Below, one piece after another: positions 44,216-52,983 of a stretch of DNA of 64,000 nt. The translations under genes and the position numbers were made by a program. Source of the stretch: a bacterium (GTDB taxonomy: Bacteria > Patescibacteriota > Minisyncoccia > Phycocordibacterales > UBA1006); contig JBAWXN010000002.1 in the NCBI GenBank assembly GCA_037144045.1, positions 54,734-118,733 of the forward strand, read 5' to 3'. Numbering within the stretch: position 1 is the first letter of the stretch; each line of letters begins with the position of its first letter. The notes beneath the pieces are model-generated. The model was not told the DNA's origin. It worked only from the letters and a program-made list of their open reading frames with translations, and did not search any database.

Positions 44216-44993
44216 GCACTACTGGACAATGGTCTGATCCCATTTGTTGAGGGAGTATCGTACATGATTTTACTCGAGTCTTTAATTTTTCAGACACAAA
44301 CCAATAATCAATTCTCCAACCAATGTTCCGGACTCGTGAATTGGCGAAATTACTCCACCAACTATAGTGACCATTGCCTTGGGTAAACATACGAAATGTG
44401 TCAATAAACCCAGTTTTAATCATCTTATCTATTCCTGACCGTTCTTCTGCAGTAAACCCATGTGTACGCTCATTTGATTTGGGATTTGCGAGATCGTCTG
44501 GAGTATGCGCTACATTCAGGTCTCCGCAGAACACTACTGGTTTTTTCTTCTCGAGGAGTTTACAGTGATCAAGGAATGCTGGGTCCCAGTTTTTCTCTCG
44601 CAGTTCAAGGCGTGACAGATCACCTTTTGAATTGGGTGTATATACATTAACCACATAAAAATCTTTGAACTCAGCCGTAATCACACGACCCTCAGTAGTA
44701 GTGTCTCCATAAGAATCTGCAAGACGGTATTTTTTAGCAACGGCATCTGTAAATCCCAACTGGATCGACAATGGTTCAACTTTAGAAAAAATTGCAACGC
44801 CACTATAACCTTTTTTCTGTGCTGAGTGCCAGTATTCATGATAATCAGAGAGGTCAACAGGGGACTCGTGTTGCTGCGCCTTGGTTTCTTGAAAACAAAT
44901 AATGTCTGGTTGTTCTGATTCAATAAAAGGTACCAATAGTCCCTTTTTATGCACTGCACGGATTCCATTTACGTTCCAGGTGATGAGTTTCAT
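44199..44993 (-). CDS. xth: exodeoxyribonuclease III / AP endonuclease
   Basis: MKLITWNVNGIRA...ICFQETK, DSYGDTTTEGR, and a C-terminal SDHCPV, all typical of Xth-family endonucleases. The start was placed at the internal Met; the track ORF begins with TTG at 45023. Confidence 0.85.
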   Translation of the reverse strand: MKLITWNVNGIRAVHKKGLLVPFIESEQPDIICFQETKAQQHESPVDLSDYHEYWHSAQKKGYSGVAIFSKVEPLSIQLGFTDAVAKKYRLADSYGDTTTEGRVITAEFKDFYVVNVYTPNSKGDLSRLELREKNWDPAFLDHCKLLEKKKPVVFCGDLNVAHTPDDLANPKSNERTHGFTAEERSGIDKMIKTGFIDTFRMFTQGNGHYSWWSNFANSRVRNIGWRIDYWFVSEKLKTRVKSCTILPQQMGSDHCPVVLELSK

Positions 44994-45037
44994 GAAAAAG
45001 AGTATACCATACCAAAAATTCAAAAAATAAGTTGTGT

Positions 45038-45068
45038 AAAAAGCCGAACAATAGTTCGGCTTTTAATT
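45038..45068. terminator. bidirectional Rho-independent terminator
   Basis: AGCCGAAC-aata-GTTCGGCT with A5/T4 flanks. Confidence 0.55.
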
Positions 45069-45083
45069 TAATTGTGTTAACTA

Positions 45084-45545
45084 CTAATATTCACACACAG
45101 AAGACATTGCTATGCGAAACGCTGTGTAATCAAGGTCTTCTAATTCGCGCCAGTAACTAAAGTAGCCAAACCTACCCATGAAATGCTTGTCTACTTTTTC
45201 ATCAGGCACACCATCTTTGTTTAGATCTTGAATAATTGAAAAGTTTCCGAAAACACCTGTTTTTATTAGTTTGAATCTACCCCAACTTCTAATAAGATAG
45301 TACTCTGACAGTTCGCCATCACCTTTCCAAATTTCTTTCGAATAAGTTAACGGGATAATGACCCAGACAAAGAAAGCACTGCCAACAATTCCAAGCAATA
45401 TTACTATCTTAAACGAGTCCTCCCCGCAAACAAGCCTAATAAGAGCTGGGGACACTAAGACTACTGCCAATGCGGCTAACCTGAATATAACCTTCCCAGC
45501 CTCTGTAATATCATACCTAAGCCATTTCCATGTATTTTCCATCAT
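45084..45545 (-). CDS. hypothetical membrane protein (153 aa)
   Basis: Two predicted TM helices. No family. Confidence 0.3.
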   Translation of the reverse strand: MMENTWKWLRYDITEAGKVIFRLAALAVVLVSPALIRLVCGEDSFKIVILLGIVGSAFFVWVIIPLTYSKEIWKGDGELSEYYLIRSWGRFKLIKTGVFGNFSIIQDLNKDGVPDEKVDKHFMGRFGYFSYWRELEDLDYTAFRIAMSSVCEY

Positions 45546-45687
45546 TATTTAATTTAATTTTGAAAGAATATCCTTTCTTGTATGTATTAAACCATATTTT
45601 TATAATTTTGTCTAATTATATGTATATTATAGTATATAAGTAAAAGAATTTTTTACTTATTACATATTTATATGGTAGAATACCTAT

Positions 45688-46551
45688 ATGAATATATTAA
45701 AACCTCAGTCCATCGAGGAATACATCGTTTCTCTCCTTCAAAAAAATTCTCGTTCTGGCTCAGAACTTCTTACAGCTATTCAATCCAAACGTCCAGGAAC
45801 CACTAAACAGGCTCTGTATGCATCACTCCGAAAACTAAGATCCGATGAAATCGTAGTGGTGCACAAAATGCGGATATCATTATCCAGTATCTGGGTCACC
45901 AAAATGGCCGAATTCTTTACCCTTGCAAAACACTTCTATACCAAAACCACTACAACCGACGAAGGATTTCTTAACCTTGAAGATGGTGACCGGGTGACGT
46001 ATTCATTTAAAAACCCTAATGTTACTGACATTTTCTGGGGACACGCATTCGATATTCTTGCAGAAATTACTCCCATTACTGAACCAGTGTTTCTATACAA
46101 TCCACATGATTGGTTTATGCTAGCTCGTCCAGAAACGGAGAAATTATTGTTTAAGAAGTTTGCTAAAGCAGGGAAGCAATTATTAATATTAGTAGGAGAT
46201 GCCAAGCCACTTGATAAATATATTATTAAAGAATTCGATGGAACGATTGCTCAGTACCATCCAACGAATGAACTTGTTTTTGATAAACGAAATTATTACG
46301 TAAACATCTTTGATGATTTCATTATCGAAGTCCATCTTGATGAAATCACTACAAAGAAAATTGACGAGTTCTACAACACAGCGAATGACTGGAATCCCGA
46401 AAACGAGGCTGTCTTGAAAAAAATTATCGCAAATGAAGGTAAAAATAAGCTTACTATTTCAAAGAATCGAAAGAAGGCGGAACACTTGAAAAAAATATTC
46501 AGGAAATATTTTTATATTAAATCCTTGAAACAAAATACAACCCATATATAA
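45688..46551 (+). CDS. winged-helix transcriptional regulator with a C-terminal domain of unknown function (TrmB-like architecture, fifth paralog candidate)
   Basis: N-terminal wHTH YIVSLLQKNSRSGSELLTAIQSKRPGTTKQALYASLRKLRSDEIV, followed by a 200-aa domain with weak similarity to the other TrmB-like C-domains. Confidence 0.4.
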   Translation: MNILKPQSIEEYIVSLLQKNSRSGSELLTAIQSKRPGTTKQALYASLRKLRSDEIVVVHKMRISLSSIWVTKMAEFFTLAKHFYTKTTTTDEGFLNLEDGDRVTYSFKNPNVTDIFWGHAFDILAEITPITEPVFLYNPHDWFMLARPETEKLLFKKFAKAGKQLLILVGDAKPLDKYIIKEFDGTIAQYHPTNELVFDKRNYYVNIFDDFIIEVHLDEITTKKIDEFYNTANDWNPENEAVLKKIIANEGKNKLTISKNRKKAEHLKKIFRKYFYIKSLKQNTTHI

Positions 46552-46558
46552 TACATTT

Positions 46559-47011
46559 ATGACACATATTATATTGATTACCCTTATAGGAGCTTTGATA
46601 TCTATTATTATTGGAAGCATCTGGTATTCAGACAAAACCCCGATGGGACAACTACACATGCAAGTACTTGGTTTTGATAAATTATCAAAAGAACAACAGC
46701 AACAGCTTATTGAGGAAGCGAAACCACACATGTGGAAATCATTCCTTGGACAATTTATTCTTTCGGGACTCACTGCATTTTTCATTGCACTAGTAAGCGT
46801 ACAAGGGAGTCAGAACGGTGAAACTATGGGTATGATTGCAGGTTATAGTGTTCTAGCCTGGCTTTGTTTCATGGTTCCAATTATTGGATCAAACATTATT
46901 TGGGGTAACATAGATCGAAAAATTGCATTCAAGAAATTTATTTTTGATATTCTTGCCAATTTAGTAACCATTGGATTAGTACTCGTAATTGCATATTTGT
47001 TTGTAAAATAA
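46559..47011 (+). CDS. hypothetical membrane protein (DUF1761-like)
   Basis: Four hydrophobic segments, 150 aa. Confidence 0.3.
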   Translation: MTHIILITLIGALISIIIGSIWYSDKTPMGQLHMQVLGFDKLSKEQQQQLIEEAKPHMWKSFLGQFILSGLTAFFIALVSVQGSQNGETMGMIAGYSVLAWLCFMVPIIGSNIIWGNIDRKIAFKKFIFDILANLVTIGLVLVIAYLFVK

Positions 47012-47040
47012 TAAAACCGGACAGTACGTCCGGTTTTATA
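47012..47040. terminator. bidirectional Rho-independent terminator
   Basis: CCGGAC-agtac-GTCCGG with A4/T4 flanks. Confidence 0.5.
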
Positions 47041-47698
47041 GTGCTTTGTACAATGAAAATATGAGTGCCAGTTGGTCGCCAGGATCAGTACGAGCATCGA
47101 AGAATTCAACACGTTGATCTACTACTTGTAATCCCACTGAGCCAAAGAGGGTATTAAGCTCGTCTTTCGTAAAAAAGTAATACGAGACACCAAATTTTTC
47201 AAACTGTGAATCAGGTGAAATTTTAGGTCGGAACCCAAGGAACCGCTGTGTTTCTTTTGAAAGAGAAACATTAAGCACGTAGCCACCTGATTTCACGACA
47301 CGCTGTATTTCAGATATATATTGATTCCAATCAATAGGATCAAGGTGCTGGAGTACTCCAATATCAGTAACCGCATCAAACGAATTATCAACAAGGGGAA
47401 TGTCGCGTACGTCACCGTGAACAAATCGCGCACGATCAGCATATCCTTCACGTTTGATTTCGCGATTACCTTTTTGAACCACATCATTAATATATTCAAG
47501 TCCGATAACACGGTTTCCATCAGCAACTAATTTTCCTATCCAAAGCCCACGACCTGCACCTACGTCTAACACCAACGCATCAGGCGCAAGAGGGGGAAGT
47601 ACTTGCAAGGCAATGTGATGATAGGGAATATGAGTCCACACATCAGAACCAGTACGATACGCAATTTCAAAATAATTTTTCTGAGCACTGTAATCCAT
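47036..47698 (-). CDS. class I SAM-dependent methyltransferase
   Basis: Motif I VLDVGAGRG, motif II-like RFVHGDVRDIP, post-I acidic residue. Has a small-molecule (UbiE/Type 11) rather than DNA-MTase character. 220 aa. Confidence 0.7.
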   Translation of the reverse strand: MDYSAQKNYFEIAYRTGSDVWTHIPYHHIALQVLPPLAPDALVLDVGAGRGLWIGKLVADGNRVIGLEYINDVVQKGNREIKREGYADRARFVHGDVRDIPLVDNSFDAVTDIGVLQHLDPIDWNQYISEIQRVVKSGGYVLNVSLSKETQRFLGFRPKISPDSQFEKFGVSYYFFTKDELNTLFGSVGLQVVDQRVEFFDARTDPGDQLALIFSLYKAL

Positions 47699-47751
47699 TA
47701 CTAAAAGTATATCATGAAAAAACCTACCGAGGAGGTAGGTTTATTTATTTA

Positions 47752-48726
47752 TCACTTGTTCTTGTACTCGTTCACCATGCGTACCTCTAGATGAGCAAGT
47801 GGGTGAAGTGGAGTAGGGAGGTTGTCTAATGTGACCCATTTGATTTCATCAAATTTATGCGGCTCACCATTTATGACTTGTTCGCGATCTACTTCAACGA
47901 GGAAAATCATACATAACCAATGTCGCAAACCTCGATCTGATGTACGAAATAAATCATGGTATCCTAGGAAATTTATTTCTTTTGGAGTAACACCATATTC
48001 TTCTCGTAATTCTTTATGAACGGTTTGCACGATCGAATCACCGAATTCAACACGACCACCTCCGAAGTCCCATGCACCATGTTCGTCATTACATTGAATA
48101 CTGCGCTTGTTCATTAAATAATTTCCTTGACCATCATGGCATACATAACAAATAGTAATTGCTGGATAGTCGAGCCCTCTCCGCGACTCAATTTGTTTTC
48201 TTAGTGTGTCATGTTCTCCGAAACATTCGGAAATTACTTTTTTATTTACTTCAAAATTTTCTTCGAAAGAATAATTCGAATTAACTACATAGTTGAAGCA
48301 GGTCGTCCGATCATACACCTCGTTATAAAAATTACAGAAAGATAAGATAGTAGCGACACCTCGTTCCTCGAACAAGGTCATAGGCTTCTCTGATGAGACC
48401 ATATTAATGACAATGTCTCGCCTCGGGTCAAACAAAACACAAAAGTCTCGAGGATTGCGTACGCCATCAAAAATATTTCCCAAATCCTTACTTGAATTAT
48501 TTTTTGCGTGATTAGCAAAAAAATCTGGATCAATTTTTAAAAACTCTTTTGATTGATTGGTTATTCGTTGCGTGTAATCAAATAATGATTCACCTTCATG
48601 CCGTGGAAACTGTTGTTTCAAGTAAGAAGATAGTTGAACCCGCTTATAGTTAAATTGCTCTATAAGAAAATTTCCAAGTGTTGTTTTGCCGGTCCCTGTA
48701 GAACCAATGATAAATACATTTTTCAT
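47752..48726 (-). CDS. fusion protein: N-terminal nicotinamide-riboside-kinase-like P-loop kinase plus C-terminal Nudix hydrolase
   Basis: N-terminus MKNVFIIGSTGTGKTTLGNFL and DPDFF resemble human NRK1 (MKTFIIGISGVTNSGKTTLAKNL; QDDFF). The C-terminus FGGGRVEFGDSIVQTVHKELREEYGV is a canonical Nudix box. Confidence 0.5.
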   Translation of the reverse strand: MKNVFIIGSTGTGKTTLGNFLIEQFNYKRVQLSSYLKQQFPRHEGESLFDYTQRITNQSKEFLKIDPDFFANHAKNNSSKDLGNIFDGVRNPRDFCVLFDPRRDIVINMVSSEKPMTLFEERGVATILSFCNFYNEVYDRTTCFNYVVNSNYSFEENFEVNKKVISECFGEHDTLRKQIESRRGLDYPAITICYVCHDGQGNYLMNKRSIQCNDEHGAWDFGGGRVEFGDSIVQTVHKELREEYGVTPKEINFLGYHDLFRTSDRGLRHWLCMIFLVEVDREQVINGEPHKFDEIKWVTLDNLPTPLHPLAHLEVRMVNEYKNK

Positions 48727-48804
48727 ACGATTTTTTTAGTGAAACTATTTGTTTGTTAAGGAATATTACTTGCACGATAGCAGGGAATAGCTATACTTGT
48801 ATAC

Positions 48805-49620
48805 ATGTCAGACAATATTCGACAACATAAACCCTCCACGAACCCCGAGGACCTGTTATCTAGACTAGGCCTCAGCGATAAAGAATCACATATCTACCTC
48901 GACTTGTTACAAAACGGTCCACGACCTGTCGCAGTTATTGCCAAACGCGCCGGAGTAACGCGCACCAATGGATATGACCTCGTAAAAAACCTCGAGAAGA
49001 AAGGACTCTGTTTTAGCAGTGGAACCACCTATGGTAAAAAAATTCATGCTCATGATCCTGTCGTATTCAAAGAAATTATTGCAGAAAAAAAGCGATCTCT
49101 TGATCACTTAGCAGCAGAACTTAACGACAGTGTTCATGTCTTTAAAAAAACAAAAACGACACCCTACACCAATCATGAGGTCACCTATCTGGAGGGTACA
49201 GAAAATATTAAGAAAATATTTCCCATGATGGCAGCACCTCATGTTTCACAGGTATATGGTGTTGGCTCTGAATTAGAACTCGAAGAATATGTTGGTCGTG
49301 AAACACTTGAGCAATTCCATGAGCAGCGTAAGCGCAATAACACCCACCTTTCAGTCCTCCGAGCAGGACCCCAACGTCTTTCGGGAAATGCGTTTCACGA
49401 TGATGTCGCCTATTTGCGCGAAGTCCGGATTCGCCCTAAAGGTAAGGTTCGACTGAAATCGCAGCTGTATTTATTTGATAACACCATCATTTTCTTAAAC
49501 CTATTCGACAAACCATTCGCAACCATTATTCACAACGAACCCATGTTTATTATGTTTCACTCATGGTACGAATTCATCTGGAATGCTTCTGAAACAGTGG
49601 TTTCACGGAAAAGTAAATAA
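48805..49620 (+). CDS. TrmB-like transcriptional regulator
   Basis: N-terminal wHTH LGLSDKESHIYLDLLQNGPRPVAVIAKRAGVTRTNGYDLVKNLEKKGL. The C-terminal domain ends in the FHSWYEFIWNAS motif shared with the paralogs. The coding sequence carries seven GTTTCAC/GTGAAAC heptamers. Confidence 0.6.
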   Translation: MSDNIRQHKPSTNPEDLLSRLGLSDKESHIYLDLLQNGPRPVAVIAKRAGVTRTNGYDLVKNLEKKGLCFSSGTTYGKKIHAHDPVVFKEIIAEKKRSLDHLAAELNDSVHVFKKTKTTPYTNHEVTYLEGTENIKKIFPMMAAPHVSQVYGVGSELELEEYVGRETLEQFHEQRKRNNTHLSVLRAGPQRLSGNAFHDDVAYLREVRIRPKGKVRLKSQLYLFDNTIIFLNLFDKPFATIIHNEPMFIMFHSWYEFIWNASETVVSRKSK

Positions 49621-49642
49621 CTTCTAAAGTTTTTATAAGCAA

Positions 49643-49677
49643 AAAATAAACCCATCTTGTTACAGATGGGTTTTTGT
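49643..49677. terminator. bidirectional Rho-independent terminator
   Basis: AACCCATCT-tgttacag-ATGGGTTT with A/T flanks. Confidence 0.5.
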
Positions 49678-49690
49678 GAAACGTTTCACA
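49675..49690. promoter_or_regulatory. perfect CRP/FNR-like palindrome TGTGAAACGTTTCACA (swapped-half version of the cca palindrome)
   Basis: TGTGA-N6-TCACA consensus, located between the convergent 3' ends of the TrmB-like gene and the HAD-NadM-Nudix gene. Confidence 0.3.
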
Positions 49691-51190
49691 TTAATTAATG
49701 AGAGCAATAATATCTTGCTCTTCCTCATCAATGAGTTTAGCTAACTGACTTTTAGTTACATAGCGAACTTCAGCGATTTGCGCACCGCGGTAATGAGGAC
49801 TCACGCGCGCAGACTTTTCAATATCCACTTCATAAATCATAGCGCGAGTTTTTATACCCGCCTCACGATGACGCCAATCAGGCACCGCAACATCACCTAA
49901 AAACTTTAACGGTTTTCCACTCAGTTGGGTTTCAAGTTTTGTTGTAACCTTTCTGGTAAGCGCCTCTTCGAAGGTAGTATCCTTTGAAGGTACCATATAC
50001 CCACCAGGGAAACGAAATTTTCTCTCGTCTGACGATGCATACCTAACAATCGCAATTTTACCTTTCGCATTTTTAATGATAGCGCGTACCTGCATAAACA
50101 GCAGCACCTTCGGCTGTCGCAACTGTGCAGCAATAATTCCATGCGCATACGTCACATTAAGTGATTTATGCGACAGTACACGTCTCCGCAAATCAGTGGC
50201 GTTTACATCTGGTATTTCTTCAACACCATACACCGGAAACCTTCCCGTAGGAATGTAATGCTTTCCAAAGCCATCACGACCTTCAATAAGACATACGTCA
50301 TCATTAGCAAGATCTGGTTTCTGAATAAGTGAGGCAATTTGTTTTTCAATTTCAGTAGTCCAAACGCTGTTATAGCGCTGGTTGCGTAATGGAAAAATTT
50401 CATACTGCCTATCGCCATACCCAGCTTCAGTAATTGCTTCTTCAAAAAGTTTTTTGCGAACCCAGAATGGTAACACATTTCTCCCTGAAGGGAACGAGCG
50501 ATCGCACGCTAAAAAAATAATAACCATTTCGCCACGAGCAAACGCTTCATGAACTACTTGCATGTGCCCAACTGTTGGACCATCGGGACTGTGTGTACGC
50601 ATCACTGTCGATGCAACTAAAAATTTCTTTTTAGGACCTGTCAGCAATGGAGTAACCTTGACTGCCTCCAAAAGAAGTGACCAGTGTTTTTTTGGATCAA
50701 AGCCTGCTTTGTCATCCAAAATTAAATTCATGTATGGCTTCTTCGAAAAATCGGCATAGTGAGTATTACCCTGTTCGGGATTTTCGTTTACATAGGTAAA
50801 AATTATTCCTAACTTTTCAAACATTGCCTTGTACTGTTCCACATGATCATCTTTCGATGATGTGTAAATAACAAGCACTATGTCTTTTCGTGCGGAAAGA
50901 GCCTGAAGGGTCGCGAGTGCTCCATCAAAAAAATTTCTAGATATGTCACCACCCGTATAACTGGAACCTAGTACGGTGTCGTGCAAATCTACAAAAATGT
51001 AAATTTTGTCCCATTCGCGTGTACGAGCTTTTACAAACTCAGCAAACCATTTCGCAATAAGGGAATCTTTCATTAATTCTTCTATATTCATTTTTAATCG
51101 TTTTGCGTATTTAACCATTAAAATATGAATAAGTAAAGGGTCTTCATATTTGTAGCATGTCGTGCTATTGTGATCAAAATAAAACAGCAT
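49691..51190 (-). CDS. three-domain protein: HAD-like phosphatase plus NadM-type nicotinamide-nucleotide adenylyltransferase plus degenerate Nudix domain
   Basis: N-terminal HAD-like domain (IYIFVDLHDTVL; LILDDKAGF). The central part matches archaeal-type NMNAT: PTVGHMQVVHEAF (TxGH), NSVWTTEIE (cf. NSIWVSYVE) and NATDLRRRVL (cf. SGTEIRRRML). C-terminus FPGGYMVPSKDTTFEEALTRKVTTKLE is a Nudix box with the catalytic Glu residues lost. Confidence 0.5.
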   Translation of the reverse strand: MLFYFDHNSTTCYKYEDPLLIHILMVKYAKRLKMNIEELMKDSLIAKWFAEFVKARTREWDKIYIFVDLHDTVLGSSYTGGDISRNFFDGALATLQALSARKDIVLVIYTSSKDDHVEQYKAMFEKLGIIFTYVNENPEQGNTHYADFSKKPYMNLILDDKAGFDPKKHWSLLLEAVKVTPLLTGPKKKFLVASTVMRTHSPDGPTVGHMQVVHEAFARGEMVIIFLACDRSFPSGRNVLPFWVRKKLFEEAITEAGYGDRQYEIFPLRNQRYNSVWTTEIEKQIASLIQKPDLANDDVCLIEGRDGFGKHYIPTGRFPVYGVEEIPDVNATDLRRRVLSHKSLNVTYAHGIIAAQLRQPKVLLFMQVRAIIKNAKGKIAIVRYASSDERKFRFPGGYMVPSKDTTFEEALTRKVTTKLETQLSGKPLKFLGDVAVPDWRHREAGIKTRAMIYEVDIEKSARVSPHYRGAQIAEVRYVTKSQLAKLIDEEEQDIIALIN

Positions 51191-51733
51191 ATGAACATTA
51201 AAAAAGCAGTGGTATCGTTCCTTGTTATGAACTTAGGAACATCAGACAGTCCTTGGAATTTATTCTGTGGCTTTGATCCAGAAAAAAACCGTATTGTGTT
51301 TTTCAAAACCCTACGACTTCGATCAATCCCTAACTATTTTTCGCAAGACTCGGTAACTATCACCGTGACTCGTGATAACCAATTTTTTTCTTCGGGAAGT
51401 CCTCAACTTGTGGGACCTAACCATGAAGCGTATCAGCTCGATGGATTGCGAGAAATCTGTGGAGTAAAACATTCAACTGATCAACTAGACGCATTTCATT
51501 TCAATGATGGCGATATCGTTACCGTTGAAAAATCTGACTGGGCTCATGATGAAAACCCTATTGATATCCTTGCCACCCGTAGAACCGTTGGCACACCTCT
51601 TCATCAGGTTTACTCTGTGAATCAACGCACTATCGACCAGTTTAAGAATTTCTTCCAGGATCATCTTAACGTATTAACTACAACAGTGGTTGTGGAAAGT
51701 AATCCGGGACCCAACTACATGAAATATTTCTAA
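51191..51733 (+). CDS. hypothetical protein (possible signal peptide)
   Basis: ORF 51170..51733. The internal start MNIKKAVVSFLVMNLGTS avoids the overlap with the preceding gene. No family. Confidence 0.3.
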   Translation: MNIKKAVVSFLVMNLGTSDSPWNLFCGFDPEKNRIVFFKTLRLRSIPNYFSQDSVTITVTRDNQFFSSGSPQLVGPNHEAYQLDGLREICGVKHSTDQLDAFHFNDGDIVTVEKSDWAHDENPIDILATRRTVGTPLHQVYSVNQRTIDQFKNFFQDHLNVLTTTVVVESNPGPNYMKYF

Positions 51734-51767
51734 TTAAAAAAACGGCTTCGTGCCGTTTTATTTTAAT

Positions 51768-51992
51768 TTAGTTGTAAACATCAACCTTTCCACATTTTTC
51801 ACATTGGTATTTAATCCATGCGGGATCACCGTCTGGTCGAAACGTGCTTTGACTATGGTGCTGCATAGTGTGCAATCCACCTTTGGGGCAGATATCATCT
51901 GCGCTAATAATTGGTGTTTGAGGATTTTGATCCTCTGGATAATCATACTCATGGAAAATAGGATTCCAGGTTCCGTGCTTCTTGTCTGACAT
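51768..51992 (-). CDS. small hypothetical protein with a C-terminal CxxGG...CxxCG zinc-ribbon-like motif
   Basis: CPKGG...CEKCG near the C-terminus. Start placed at the internal MSDKKHG. Confidence 0.25.
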   Translation of the reverse strand: MSDKKHGTWNPIFHEYDYPEDQNPQTPIISADDICPKGGLHTMQHHSQSTFRPDGDPAWIKYQCEKCGKVDVYN

Positions 51993-52060
51993 TTTATTTT
52001 GGTTTAGTGAACAATATAGTTCGTCCCAACTAGTATACCAAATTCTGTTTAGTTGAAACA

Positions 52061-52822
52061 CTACTTATTCCAGAGCTCTTTGAACACTTCACGCATATTG
52101 TGTGCCATTACAGAATCATGAATTTCAACCAGATAACAAGGTTTCTGCGCTGTAACAATAAGAACTATATACGAGCCAATAATCCACTGAGTACCGGTAA
52201 TATTATTTGTTCCTTTCCAGAAACGAATGTTTCTTTGGTTGATTTTTTCACTCTGCATTTGTGACTCAATATCTGAATCATTTGAAAACATTTTAAGGTT
52301 CACTTCTTTAGGTGCGTGTTTCCAAAACCAAACAATCCAATTTTTGTATTTTTCGACAAAGGTATGATCCTGAAAACCCCACCACGTAGGGTCATTTGCC
52401 AGATTACTTTCGATCCACCGAGGTGTTGCATCATGTAAATACTTATCAATATCTTCCTCGGCAACGAATCTGATTTTTGGTATTGAAAAAGTAGTAGATT
52501 GAGATACCAGTTTTAAAGCATCTTTTAATTCATGGAGACCTTCTTCCTTTTCCCTAAACTCTTTTCTGTCGTGCTCCAAAATTTTGTCTATTTCTTCAGG
52601 TTGAGCAGGGAGATAGTATAATGTCTTGCTTCCAAGATCTTCAATAATAAGACCTCGTGCTTTTAGCTCGTTTGCAACGCTATACACTGTAGTCCGATTT
52701 ATACCTGTTTTTCGTGAAATAGTTACTGGTGCAATTTTTCCGCTTTCTAAGATTAATTTATACACCTTTTTTGCTTTTATAGTTAACCCAAGCTTTTCTA
52801 AGATTTTGTCTAAGTTATCCAT
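52061..52822 (-). CDS. TrmB-like transcriptional regulator
   Basis: N-terminal wHTH LGLTIKAKKVYKLILESGKIAPVTISRKTGINRTTVYSVANELKARGLI. C-terminal domain ending HNMREVFKELWNK. Divergent from the ABC transporter operon. Confidence 0.6.
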   Translation of the reverse strand: MDNLDKILEKLGLTIKAKKVYKLILESGKIAPVTISRKTGINRTTVYSVANELKARGLIIEDLGSKTLYYLPAQPEEIDKILEHDRKEFREKEEGLHELKDALKLVSQSTTFSIPKIRFVAEEDIDKYLHDATPRWIESNLANDPTWWGFQDHTFVEKYKNWIVWFWKHAPKEVNLKMFSNDSDIESQMQSEKINQRNIRFWKGTNNITGTQWIIGSYIVLIVTAQKPCYLVEIHDSVMAHNMREVFKELWNK

Positions 52823-52983
52823 ACGACTTTATAGTACCAGTGTTGTCTATTTATTGTCAACACATTTTTTTATTATTCTATTAAAGTGTTAGAAAATAAG
52901 TGTTTTTTTGTTATTATATATTGACATATATTGATATATGTGCTATATATAATAAGTATTATTAATCGGATTTATTAAACATT

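Noticed and set aside
51170-51733. C-terminus ...VVVESNPGPNYMKYF resembles the viral 2A ribosome-skipping motif (D/E-x-N-P-G-P)
   Set aside because: 2A peptides function only on eukaryotic ribosomes. A single short match in a bacterial hypothetical protein is most likely coincidence.
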